Shown one piece after another: positions 1-7,594 of a DNA stretch of 64,000 nt; positions within the stretch are counted from its first letter, which is position 1, and every line of letters starts with the position of its first letter. The notes beneath the pieces are model-generated. The model saw only the letters and a program-made list of their open reading frames with translations, did no database searches and had not been told where the DNA came from. Origin of the DNA: Myxococcota bacterium (lineage in GTDB: Bacteria > Myxococcota_A > UBA796 > CAJQPC01); assembly GCA_023150845.1 (NCBI GenBank), contig JAKLKD010000004.1, forward strand, positions 1,283 through 65,282, in the 5' to 3' direction. Made by a program: the position numbers and the translations under genes.

Positions 1-4
1 GCTC

Positions 5-1351
5 TTGGGGAGCGAGCACGCGGTGAAGCTCCTCCAGGCGCCGAGCGCCGAGGTCGCCAGCCGCCTGCTGCGGGAGGGGCGGGTGCAGGCGCGGCTGCGC
101 CACCCGAACATCGTTCCCGTCACCGACCTCGTGCAGTCCGAGGAGCGTGTGGGCCTCGTGATGGAGTACATCGCCGGGGGCACGCTCTTGGAGCGCCTGC
201 AGCGCGGCGGGGCCATGCCCCCAGACGAGGCGCTGCGGGTCTTCGCCGGGATGCTCGCCGGGCTCAAGGTCGCCCACCAGGCCGGGGTCTTACACCGCGA
301 CCTCAAGCCCGCGAACGTGCTCATGGACGAGGGGCGACCGCGCATCGCCGACTTCGGCCTCGCCCGGGTGACCGAGACCACCCCCGACCCCAAGCTCACC
401 CGCGAGGGCTTCGCCATGGGCACCCCGGGGTACATGGCCCCGGAGCAGTGGGCCGACCCCACCCGCATCGACGAGCGCGCCGACCTCTTCGCCATGGGCG
501 TGATGCTCTACGAGCTGCTCACCTGCCGCTCCCCCTTCACCGGGGCGACCGCGGCGGAGGTGCTGCAGAACACCGTCGTCGGCCGCTACGAGGACCTGCG
601 CACGCTCAACCCCAGCCTCGACCTCAGGCTCGTGCAGGCCGTAGACGCCTGCCTGCGCCCCCACCGCGAGGAGCGTGTGGCGAGCGCCGAGGCCCTGGAG
701 CGCCTCCTCGGCCTCCACGAGTCCGGCGCGCCGAAGGGCCCGCCGACCCCGACCCCGACGCCGCAGCAGCCGACCCCATCCCCCACCCTCGCCCCGCCCG
801 TCGAGGACCACAGCCCCCGCGCGGCCTCGACCTTGGGCCTCGCGGAGCTGCGGAGCGAGGCCGAGTCGCCACAAGACGACGCGGCGACGCCTGAGGAGCG
901 TGAGCCCACGCCGAGCGAGGGCGGCCCCTGGGGCCTCATCGCGATGGTCGCCATCGGGATCTTCGGCCTGGGCCTCCTCGGCCTGTCGCGCCTGCGTGAG
1001 CCCGAGGCGCCGGAGGAGCCCCTGCCCGAGCCCGTGGTTGAGGCCCCGGCGGCCCCCGCGGCAGCCCCCGAGCCCGAGCCGCCCCCGACCGGCGAGGGCG
1101 CGCCCTGCTCCGCCGAGGCTGAAGAGCTAGGCTACTGGTACGCCGCCCGCAGCGTCGGCGGCCGCACCGGCCAGGTCGTCACCTTGCCCGCCGACGCCCG
1201 GGTGCGGAAGATGTGGCCCAAGACCCCCGACGCCCCGAAAGACATCGTCTGCACCTTGCCCGCCGGGACCTCGGTGCGCCTGCAGGCCCCCGTCGAGGAC
1301 GTGCGCGGAAACCGCTGGATCCCGCTGCGCGGCGCCGACCTCAAGCCCTGA
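5..1351 (+). CDS. Hanks-type Ser/Thr protein kinase with TM segment and extracytoplasmic C-terminal domain (5' end truncated by window edge)
   Basis: AVK, HPNIV, HRDLKPAN, DFG and GTPGYMAPE motifs; Pro-rich linker; hydrophobic segment WGLIAMVAIGIFGLGLLGL; the Gly-rich loop lies before the window start. Confidence 0.92.
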   Translation: MGSEHAVKLLQAPSAEVASRLLREGRVQARLRHPNIVPVTDLVQSEERVGLVMEYIAGGTLLERLQRGGAMPPDEALRVFAGMLAGLKVAHQAGVLHRDLKPANVLMDEGRPRIADFGLARVTETTPDPKLTREGFAMGTPGYMAPEQWADPTRIDERADLFAMGVMLYELLTCRSPFTGATAAEVLQNTVVGRYEDLRTLNPSLDLRLVQAVDACLRPHREERVASAEALERLLGLHESGAPKGPPTPTPTPQQPTPSPTLAPPVEDHSPRAASTLGLAELRSEAESPQDDAATPEEREPTPSEGGPWGLIAMVAIGIFGLGLLGLSRLREPEAPEEPLPEPVVEAPAAPAAAPEPEPPPTGEGAPCSAEAEELGYWYAARSVGGRTGQVVTLPADARVRKMWPKTPDAPKDIVCTLPAGTSVRLQAPVEDVRGNRWIPLRGADLKP

Positions 1352-1394
1352 CCTGTCGGCGCGCGCCCTCGCGGCCCGCACGCCCCGCGCCCAG

Positions 1395-1431
1395 AGACAA
1401 GAACCCCCCGGCTGTCACCAGCCGAGGGGTC
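1395..1431 (-). terminator. Probable intrinsic terminator of the OmpA gene
   Basis: Minus-strand hairpin ACCCCTCGGCTG-GTGA-CAGCCGGGGGGT followed by TCTTGTCT, between convergent genes. Confidence 0.55.
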
Positions 1432-1453
1432 CATCGTCAGGCGCCAGACGACC

Positions 1454-3232
1454 TCAGGGGGTCGCGGGCTTCTCCTGAATCACCGTGTCGCTGCCCGGGG
1501 CGCGCTCCTTGATGACGAACTCGACGCGGCGGTTCTTGGCCTTGTTCGCGTCGCTGTTGTTCTCCACCACGGGCTTCTCTTCGCCGTAGCCGACGCCCTT
1601 GAGCGTGCCGGCCTTGACGCCGCCGATGGTCTCGAGGTGCTTGACCACGGACTCCGCGCGGGCCTGGGAGAGCTTGATGTTGGCGGCGTTGGAGCCGTCG
1701 GAGTCAGTGTGGCCACCGACCTCGATGAGGGTCAGGTCGGGGTTCTCGTTGATGACCTTCGCGATGTCCGCGAGCAGGGGGTACGAGACCTTCTTGATCG
1801 TGGCCTTGTTGTAGTCGAAGTAGATGACGTCGAGGATCTCGATCTTCTCCTTCGTCACGATCACGCGAGAGGGGCAGCCGTCGGAGCGGGCGGCCTCGGC
1901 GCGCACGTCGATGGCCTGATCCGGGCACTTGTCGCGCTTGTCGGGCACGCGGTCGCTGTCGCGGTCGGGGCAGCCCTTGGTCTCCTTGGGACCGGGCTCA
2001 TCCGGGCACTCGTCGTCCTGGTTGGCGAGGCCGTCGGAGTCGTTGTCCGGGCAGCCTTGGGTCTCCTTGGGACCGGGCTTGATCGGGCAGCGGTCGTCGG
2101 CGTCCAAGAGGCCGTCACCGTCGTTGTCGGGATCGGGGCAGCCGTTGTCGTCCTCGAAGTTGTCCTTGTCCTCGGGCTCCATCGGGCAGGAGTCGGAGGT
2201 GTCCACGATGCCGTCGGCGTCGTTGTCGAGCTCGGGGCAGCCGTCGGCGTCCTCGAAGTTGTCCTTGTCCTCGGCCTCCATCGGGCAGGAGTCGATGTCG
2301 TCGGTCAGGCCGTCGAGGTCGGAGTCAGGCGGGCCGCCGGGCTGGCGGTAGTTCACGCCGAGCACGAGGCGGAAGTCGGGAGCGCCGACGCCCGCGATGA
2401 GGCCGGTGCCCAAGCCCAGGGTGGCGAGGATGCCCTCGTCACCGCCGTAGGTGCCGTAGACGTGGGCCTCCATCGGGTTCGCGTTCCAGGGGCCGAGGCC
2501 CTGGGCGGCGTCGATGACCGAGGTGAGCTCAGCGCCGACCCGGATGTCCTCAGCGACGGTGTAGTTGGCGCCCGCGCCCCAGAAGAGGTTCGTGCCGACG
2601 GGCAGCTCCTCGATGGTGGCCTCGGTGCTCTCGACGTTGATCGTCTGCGCGCCGGAGAACTCCATGCCGAGGTTCGCGCGCCAGCCCAAGGCCCCCGTCT
2701 CACCGCCGACGGTGCCGAGCAAGCCCGCGCCGAAGCCGTTGGAGAGGTAGGAGTCCTTCGCGGCCTGGCCCGTGGGGATGTTGAAGTAGGGCTTCACGGC
2801 GACGCCCACGCCCTCATCCTCGTACTGGAGGAGGGGCACGAGGGCGCCGAGGCGGAGGTCGCCCAGGCGGAAGCCACCGACGCCCTCTTGGGGGCTGCCG
2901 ACGACGTAGAAGGGGATCTCGAGGTCAGCGCGGAACCAGTTGTTCAGGTTGTAGCCGCCGTGGAGGCGGGTGCCGAACTGGTGCTGCACGACGGTGGTGT
3001 CGGACTCCGCGCCCTCGTAACGGATGACGAGGGGATCGTTCGCGTAGGAGAGCCCGAGACCCGCGTAGTAGGAGCCCGCGTCGTCGAGCTTGGGGTGCGC
3101 GAGCTGCAGGGTTCCTTGGCTGTCGAAGGTGTCGCCGGAGAAGTTGAAGGTGTCAGAGTCCTGGGCGAGGGCGACCGGGGACCAGACCGCAGCCCCCATC
3201 AGCAGGGCAGCGACTACAGCGGGGGATCTCAT
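1454..3232 (-). CDS. OmpA-family outer membrane protein: N-terminal beta-barrel, thrombospondin type-3 Ca-binding repeats, OmpA domain (TraB-like architecture)
   Basis: Signal peptide; repeated DxDxDGxxDxxDxCP units; C-terminal GHTD...NxxLSQARA...GYGE...NRRVEF. Confidence 0.92.
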   Translation of the reverse strand: MRSPAVVAALLMGAAVWSPVALAQDSDTFNFSGDTFDSQGTLQLAHPKLDDAGSYYAGLGLSYANDPLVIRYEGAESDTTVVQHQFGTRLHGGYNLNNWFRADLEIPFYVVGSPQEGVGGFRLGDLRLGALVPLLQYEDEGVGVAVKPYFNIPTGQAAKDSYLSNGFGAGLLGTVGGETGALGWRANLGMEFSGAQTINVESTEATIEELPVGTNLFWGAGANYTVAEDIRVGAELTSVIDAAQGLGPWNANPMEAHVYGTYGGDEGILATLGLGTGLIAGVGAPDFRLVLGVNYRQPGGPPDSDLDGLTDDIDSCPMEAEDKDNFEDADGCPELDNDADGIVDTSDSCPMEPEDKDNFEDDNGCPDPDNDGDGLLDADDRCPIKPGPKETQGCPDNDSDGLANQDDECPDEPGPKETKGCPDRDSDRVPDKRDKCPDQAIDVRAEAARSDGCPSRVIVTKEKIEILDVIYFDYNKATIKKVSYPLLADIAKVINENPDLTLIEVGGHTDSDGSNAANIKLSQARAESVVKHLETIGGVKAGTLKGVGYGEEKPVVENNSDANKAKNRRVEFVIKERAPGSDTVIQEKPATP

Positions 3233-3433
3233 CAGGGGGCCTCCGTGAACTTCTACATCTTGGAGTGGGGCGGCGCGAACAGGCTCGATCGCGAGTCAGG
3301 CGCAATCTTATGCCATGACGATGGCGGTGCAAATGACAAATTGCTTACCAGGACACCCCAAGATTGCAGGACCGGCCGTGTCGGGGCATAGAGCGGCGCA
3401 CCTGGACCCAACATTCAAAGATGGAGTGAGCCA

Positions 3434-4687
3434 ATGTCTCTCGTCCCCGTACATGGTGGCCTCGCAGATCTGATCGACCGTACGCTGCCTTGGAGCGCGC
3501 GTAAGTCCCTGATTGAGAAGAGCTCTTCTCTCCCGAGCGTCACGCTGAACGAGGGTGATCTCGCCACCCTGCACCGCATCGCCGACGGCACGCTCTCCCC
3601 GCTGGAGGGCTTCATGGACGAGGCGGAGCACAACCAGGTGCTCGATCATCAGCACATCGTCCGCGGCGGCGCGCCGTACGCTTGGACGATCCCCCTCTCG
3701 CTTCCCGTGACGGACGAGGAGCGCGCGGCGCTGTCGATCGGCGGTGAGGCGATCCTCCGTGATCCCAGCGGCGCGATCGTCGGCGTGATCGAGGTGAGCT
3801 CGATCTTCGCCTGGAACAAGGCGCGCTTCGTGGAGAAGGTCTACGGCACGCCCCGCATGGACCACCCCGGCGCCGACATCGTCACCCGCGACGCCCGCAC
3901 CACGCTCATCGGCGGCAAGATCCGCGCCCTGCCCCCCGCCGTGAACGCGGCCTTCGGCGAGTACGTCCTGCCGCCGCGCGTCACCCGGGCGATCATCGCC
4001 GCCCGCGGCTACGAGGCCGCCCTGGCCTTCCAGACCCGCAACCCCCTGCACCGCGCGCACGAGTACGCCCTCGTCTACGGGGTCGAGACCCTCACCCGCC
4101 AGGGCCTCTACGCCGGCGTGTTCCTGAACCCCCTCGTCGGCCAGCTCAAGGGCGACGACGTGGACGCCGCCACCCGGATGCGCACCTACCGCGCGCTCCA
4201 GGTGAGCCGCTCCTTGGGTGAGGGCGACAGCGACAAGGATCTCTGGGAGTCCAAGGGCTACGAGCTCAACGACGTGTTCCACCTCGTCGGCCTCGACATG
4301 CGCATGTTCTACGGCGGCCCCGCCGAGGCCGTGATGCACGCGATCTACCGCCAGAACCACGGCTTCTCGCACATCGTCATCGGCCGCAAACACGCGGATG
4401 CCCCCTACCACGACAAGACCGCGATCTGGGGCGACTTCGACGCCCAGGAGATCTTCGGCAAGCTCCAGGGCGCCCTGGCCACCAAGCCGGTGAACGTCGG
4501 CTTCGCGGCCTACTACGAGAGCATCGGCCGGGTGGACCTCACCGAGAACCACCCCAACGAGAAGCCCCTGAACATCGCCGGGACGAAGGTGCGTGAGGCC
4601 CTCGTGGGCGGCGAGCGCCCCGACCCGCGCATCATGCGCCCCAGCACCGCCGACATCCTCATCGACGCGTACCGCGCCCAGGGCTGA
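3434..4687 (+). CDS. sat: Sulfate adenylyltransferase (ATP sulfurylase)
   Basis: SPLEGFM, AFQTRNPLHRAHEY, YGGPAEAVMHAIYRQNHGFSHIVIGRKHA; GGAG RBS upstream. Confidence 0.95.
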   Translation: MSLVPVHGGLADLIDRTLPWSARKSLIEKSSSLPSVTLNEGDLATLHRIADGTLSPLEGFMDEAEHNQVLDHQHIVRGGAPYAWTIPLSLPVTDEERAALSIGGEAILRDPSGAIVGVIEVSSIFAWNKARFVEKVYGTPRMDHPGADIVTRDARTTLIGGKIRALPPAVNAAFGEYVLPPRVTRAIIAARGYEAALAFQTRNPLHRAHEYALVYGVETLTRQGLYAGVFLNPLVGQLKGDDVDAATRMRTYRALQVSRSLGEGDSDKDLWESKGYELNDVFHLVGLDMRMFYGGPAEAVMHAIYRQNHGFSHIVIGRKHADAPYHDKTAIWGDFDAQEIFGKLQGALATKPVNVGFAAYYESIGRVDLTENHPNEKPLNIAGTKVREALVGGERPDPRIMRPSTADILIDAYRAQG

Positions 4688-4763
4688 TCCAGGCGGGCTG
4701 GCCCCGGCGGCGTGAGCGGTGGACGATCCGCGGCTCACGCCCTAGCGCGGCGCCTCTGTCTAC

Positions 4764-4805
4764 TTGACGAGAGCCGAGTCATTGTTGATAATGACTTTCA
4801 CTTTC
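4764..4805 (+). promoter_or_regulatory. Sigma70-type promoter overlapped by a Fur-box-like site
   Basis: TTGACG (4764-4769), 17 bp spacer, GATAAT (4787-4792); 4787-4805 GATAATGACTTTCACTTTC matches the Fur consensus GATAATGATAATCATTATC at 14/19. Confidence 0.7.
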
Positions 4806-4825
4806 ATCAAGTCCTCGGAGGCGCC

Positions 4826-5050
4826 GTGCGAGTCCCGTCCCACGATCACTGTCACCCCATCCCCCTCGCGCAGGGCCCCGTCGGCCTGGTCGAGGCCTGC
4901 ACCTGCGGCGCCGTGCGCCTGAGCGTCGGCCCGGTGACCCTACGTTTTGAGGCGACCTCGTTCTTGGCGCTCGTGGACCTCATGGAGCGCGCCCGAGAGC
5001 GCCTGCTCTGCGGCGGTGTGCGGCCGCTCACCCCTGGACAGGTGGCCTGA
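4826..5050 (+). CDS. Small Cys/His-containing hypothetical protein (74 aa), probably iron-regulated
   Basis: GTG at 4826 after GGAGG; HDHCH and CTCG motifs; directly downstream of the Fur-box promoter. Confidence 0.65.
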   Translation: MRVPSHDHCHPIPLAQGPVGLVEACTCGAVRLSVGPVTLRFEATSFLALVDLMERARERLLCGGVRPLTPGQVA

Positions 5051-5056
5051 GCGGCC

Positions 5057-5932
5057 TCAGCCCGGCGAGCCCAGCAGGTCGAGGACGGCGTCGGTGATGG
5101 CGCCGCCGCAGGCCGTGTCGTAGGCGGTGTACATCGGCTGGGCGTTCATCTCCAAGAGCACCAAGGCGCCGCGGGCGTCACGTTTGAGGTCCGCGGCGCA
5201 GAGCTCCAGGCCCAGCGCCCCGGCGAGGGCGCGCAGCGGCGACAAGACCGCCTCTGGGGGGTCCTCCGCGCGGTCGAAGGGCGCATCCGGCGTGGCCCGG
5301 TGGTCGAGGGCGTCGGTGTGGAGCTCGAAGGTGAAGGCCCGGGCGCCCACGAGGGTCACCCGAAGCTCAGGGCCAAAGAGGCGCTCCTGCACGAAGGCGG
5401 GCGACGGCGCGGCGGCGTCCTCGTCGGCTTGTTCGGCCAGGGCGTCGGCGAGCGGCACGCAGAGCCCACCGCCGCGCAGGGGCTTGGCGACGAGGGCCTC
5501 ATTCTCCCGCGCCCGGCAGGCCTGGAGGTCGTTGGTGACGACACCTTGGGGCACCCGCAGGCCGAGGCGCGCGGCGAGGCCCAAGGCGGCGAGCTTGTTC
5601 ACCCGGCGCCCGAGGGCCTCCCGGTTGAGCACCCGCAGGCCGGGGTTCAGCGCGACGTAGCCCAGAAGCGTGTCGTACCAGTCCAGGGCCCGGGCGGCGA
5701 CAGCGGCGCGCGGGTCGGCCAAGGCGGCGAAGACGTCGTGACGGACCCAGAGCGCCGTGGGGCGCAGCGCCTCACCGTCGAGGCTCAAGGCGCCGTCGGG
5801 CACGCTCAGGGTGAGCGTGGGCCAGGTCTCGGGGCCGACGAGCAGGCCCCGGGCGGGGATCCCCCGGGCCTCGGCGCGGCCTAGGGCCCGGGTGAGGTGG
5901 GGGTCGAGGGCCCCGCCCGCGAGCAGGATCAC
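5057..5932 (-). CDS. ATP-grasp ligase, RimK-like/graspetide maturase
   Basis: NKLAAL, PQGVVTND, VAKP, PAFVQE, ELRVTLVG, DHR, ADLK, LLEMNAQP motifs typical of RiPP ATP-grasp enzymes. Confidence 0.85.
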   Translation of the reverse strand: MILLAGGALDPHLTRALGRAEARGIPARGLLVGPETWPTLTLSVPDGALSLDGEALRPTALWVRHDVFAALADPRAAVAARALDWYDTLLGYVALNPGLRVLNREALGRRVNKLAALGLAARLGLRVPQGVVTNDLQACRARENEALVAKPLRGGGLCVPLADALAEQADEDAAAPSPAFVQERLFGPELRVTLVGARAFTFELHTDALDHRATPDAPFDRAEDPPEAVLSPLRALAGALGLELCAADLKRDARGALVLLEMNAQPMYTAYDTACGGAITDAVLDLLGSPG

Positions 5933-5938
5933 CGGGCG

Positions 5939-6100
5939 CTACTTCTCGCCAAAGGCCTTCTTGCTGGCCTGCTTCTGGCGCTCGTCGCCGGGCTCCTCGG
6001 GGATCGCCATGGTCTTGTACTCGTCATCGCCAGGCTCCTCGGGGATCGCCATGGTCTTGTACTCTTTGGGCGCCTGGGACTTCTTCGTGGTCTCGGCCAT
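5939..6100 (-). CDS. Putative graspetide precursor peptide (53 aa) with two EYKTMAIPEEPGD cores
   Basis: ATG at 6100 with GGAG RBS; MAETTKKSQAPK-EYKTMAIPEEPGD-D-EYKTMAIPEEPGD-ERQKQASKKAFGEK; ends 6 bp before the ATP-grasp gene. Confidence 0.78.
   Translation of the reverse strand: MAETTKKSQAPKEYKTMAIPEEPGDDEYKTMAIPEEPGDERQKQASKKAFGEK
5991..6064. repeat. Exact 32-bp direct repeat, 42-bp period, encoding the duplicated core peptide
   Basis: GGCTCCTCGGGGATCGCCATGGTCTTGTACTC at 5991-6022 and 6033-6064. Confidence 0.95.
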
Positions 6101-6148
6101 GGGGGCTCCGGGGTGGGTGGACGTGGAGGAGGATAGCACTGGGGAGGC

Positions 6149-6625
6149 TCAGCGGGTGGGCGCGTCTTGGTCCGCGCTGGGTGGGGCTTGAACGGCCCCG
6201 GGAACCCGAAACAGCGGGATCGGCGGCAAGGACAGGTCCATTCGCCCAAAGAGCGAGTGGGTCAGCTCGCGCCAATACGGCCACACGTTGAGCACGCCGT
6301 TACGCTCGGCGAAGTCCTCAAGGTCATCCTGCTCGATGACGAAGGAGGCCGGGCGGCCGTAGATCGCCTCATAGCGCGCGGTGATGAACAGCGGCGCAGA
6401 CTCTGGCGCGACGTCTGCTTGGCCAAGGTGAAGGCTGAGCTTCACCGTCACGAAGACGCTCGACGCCTGGGGATCGTCAGCGCCAGTGGCCTCGTAGTGT
6501 AGGTGAATGGTCTCGGAGCCTTTGAGCACGCCGTCGGTGATGACTCCGTTGCGGGCGTGGAGGTCACGCAAGTGAACACCTTGAAGGGTGACGACCTGCC
6601 AAAGCGACGTAGTGAGTGAGGTCAT
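6149..6625 (-). CDS. SecB-like chaperone (TAC chaperone)
   Basis: ITARYEAIY...DFAERNGVLNVWPYWRE...RMDLSLPPIP, the SecB-like C-terminal signature; third gene of a TA operon. Confidence 0.8.
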   Translation of the reverse strand: MTSLTTSLWQVVTLQGVHLRDLHARNGVITDGVLKGSETIHLHYEATGADDPQASSVFVTVKLSLHLGQADVAPESAPLFITARYEAIYGRPASFVIEQDDLEDFAERNGVLNVWPYWRELTHSLFGRMDLSLPPIPLFRVPGAVQAPPSADQDAPTR

Positions 6626-6628
6626 TGC

Positions 6629-7054
6629 TCACCCAGCGCATACAGCGCGAGCATGCTGGTCGCCAAGCGCAGAGGCCCGGCGACCAGGCCGCGCCTGGGG
6701 ATGAAGATGGTATAGGTTCTTAGGCGAGGCTAACGTGCCTGCGTCTCGCGCATCCTGAGCGCGCTCACCCGCAGCAGGCTGGATCGTAAAGTCCACTGCA
6801 CCACCCATGACATGAACCGCTGCCGCGAGGGTGCGAAGGCTCACGTTCCGCCCGCGAAGCATCTGGGTGACGTTGGCCGGGGAGGTGCCGAGGCGCCTCG
6901 CAAGCTCCGCACGGGTGATGTTGTGGTCCGTCATCCAGCCCGCGAGGCGGTCCATGACGTCAACAACGAGAGACTCTTCTGCGAAGATCCTTTCCTTGAC
7001 AGGATCGTTGCGCATAAACTCTGGGAAGATCGGCTGAATTCTTGCACTTGACAT
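6629..7054 (-). CDS. Xre/HTH antitoxin (HigA-like) with C-terminal extension (putative chaperone-addiction tail)
   Basis: ITRAELARRLGTSPANVTQMLRGRNVSLRTL HTH followed by a ~50-aa tail that looks disordered. Confidence 0.8.
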   Translation of the reverse strand: MSSARIQPIFPEFMRNDPVKERIFAEESLVVDVMDRLAGWMTDHNITRAELARRLGTSPANVTQMLRGRNVSLRTLAAAVHVMGGAVDFTIQPAAGERAQDARDAGTLASPKNLYHLHPQARPGRRASALGDQHARAVCAG

Positions 7055-7066
7055 GGTGCCCTCTTG

Positions 7067-7477
7067 CTACCCAGATTCTTCCGGGTCCGCTTGCGCACGA
7101 TGTTGGATGAACTCGGCTCTCATCGTCTCGATGCGCTCCAACAATCCGTTAGGGAAGGTCTGGCGCTTCTTGAGAAAGCCGTCGATCAGGAACCAAGTGT
7201 TCCTGGCGGGATCGAAGAACATGAAGATTCGGGCTTCTTTGCCCTTCACCTCATAGATGTCGCCCTTGATGTGTTTAAATTTCTGCTCGTTGCGCACCAA
7301 TCCCTCATTAGCAAGGAGCCACAGGTTGCTCTCAACGACCGCCCATTCGCGATAGTGACGAGCATCGAGCTCCTCAATAAAGCTAGTGGCAGGGGAACGA
7401 CCTGATGCGAACTCGCAGCACACAATGGCAAAGCGCTTACCCGTAATGGGAGGTCGCGCTTCTCGTTGATTGGACAT
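7067..7477 (-). CDS. RelE/HigB-superfamily toxin (Gp49/DUF891-like)
   Basis: GRSPATSFI, KFKHIKGDIYEVK, RIFMFF, GFLKKRQTFP motifs; toxin precedes antitoxin as in higBA. Confidence 0.8.
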   Translation of the reverse strand: MSNQREARPPITGKRFAIVCCEFASGRSPATSFIEELDARHYREWAVVESNLWLLANEGLVRNEQKFKHIKGDIYEVKGKEARIFMFFDPARNTWFLIDGFLKKRQTFPNGLLERIETMRAEFIQHRAQADPEESG

Positions 7478-7539
7478 GGTAAAGTAGCCTCGGCGAAGAA
7501 CTTGTTGGAGTCATGGTCACCTCGTGGTTGGGTCTACTT

Positions 7540-7568
7540 ATTATTAACTTATAAATTAATCGTGTCAA
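7540..7568 (-). promoter_or_regulatory. Promoter and palindromic operator of the TAC operon
   Basis: Minus strand TTGACA (7563-7568), 17 bp spacer, AATAAT; near-palindrome ATTAACTTATAAATTAAT (7543-7560, 16/18 symmetric) overlapping the spacer and -10. Confidence 0.7.
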
Positions 7569-7594
7569 GCAAGTTACCCGTCCACCAAAACCCC

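Noticed and set aside
1929-2330. Tandem DNA repeats as a non-coding repeat array
   Set aside because: They encode the TSP3 repeats of the OmpA protein.
3302-3315. Sigma54 promoter TGGCATAAGATTGC on the minus strand
   Set aside because: GG-to-GC spacing is 9 nt rather than the required 10.
1637-4738. Long antisense ORFs (e.g. 1637-3391 +, 3308-4738 -, and many similar across the window)
   Set aside because: Shadow ORFs from high-GC codon bias opposite well-supported genes; no motifs.
5991-6064. 32-bp direct repeat as a mini-CRISPR
   Set aside because: Only two copies, 10-bp spacer, in-frame 42-bp period within a coding sequence, no cas genes.
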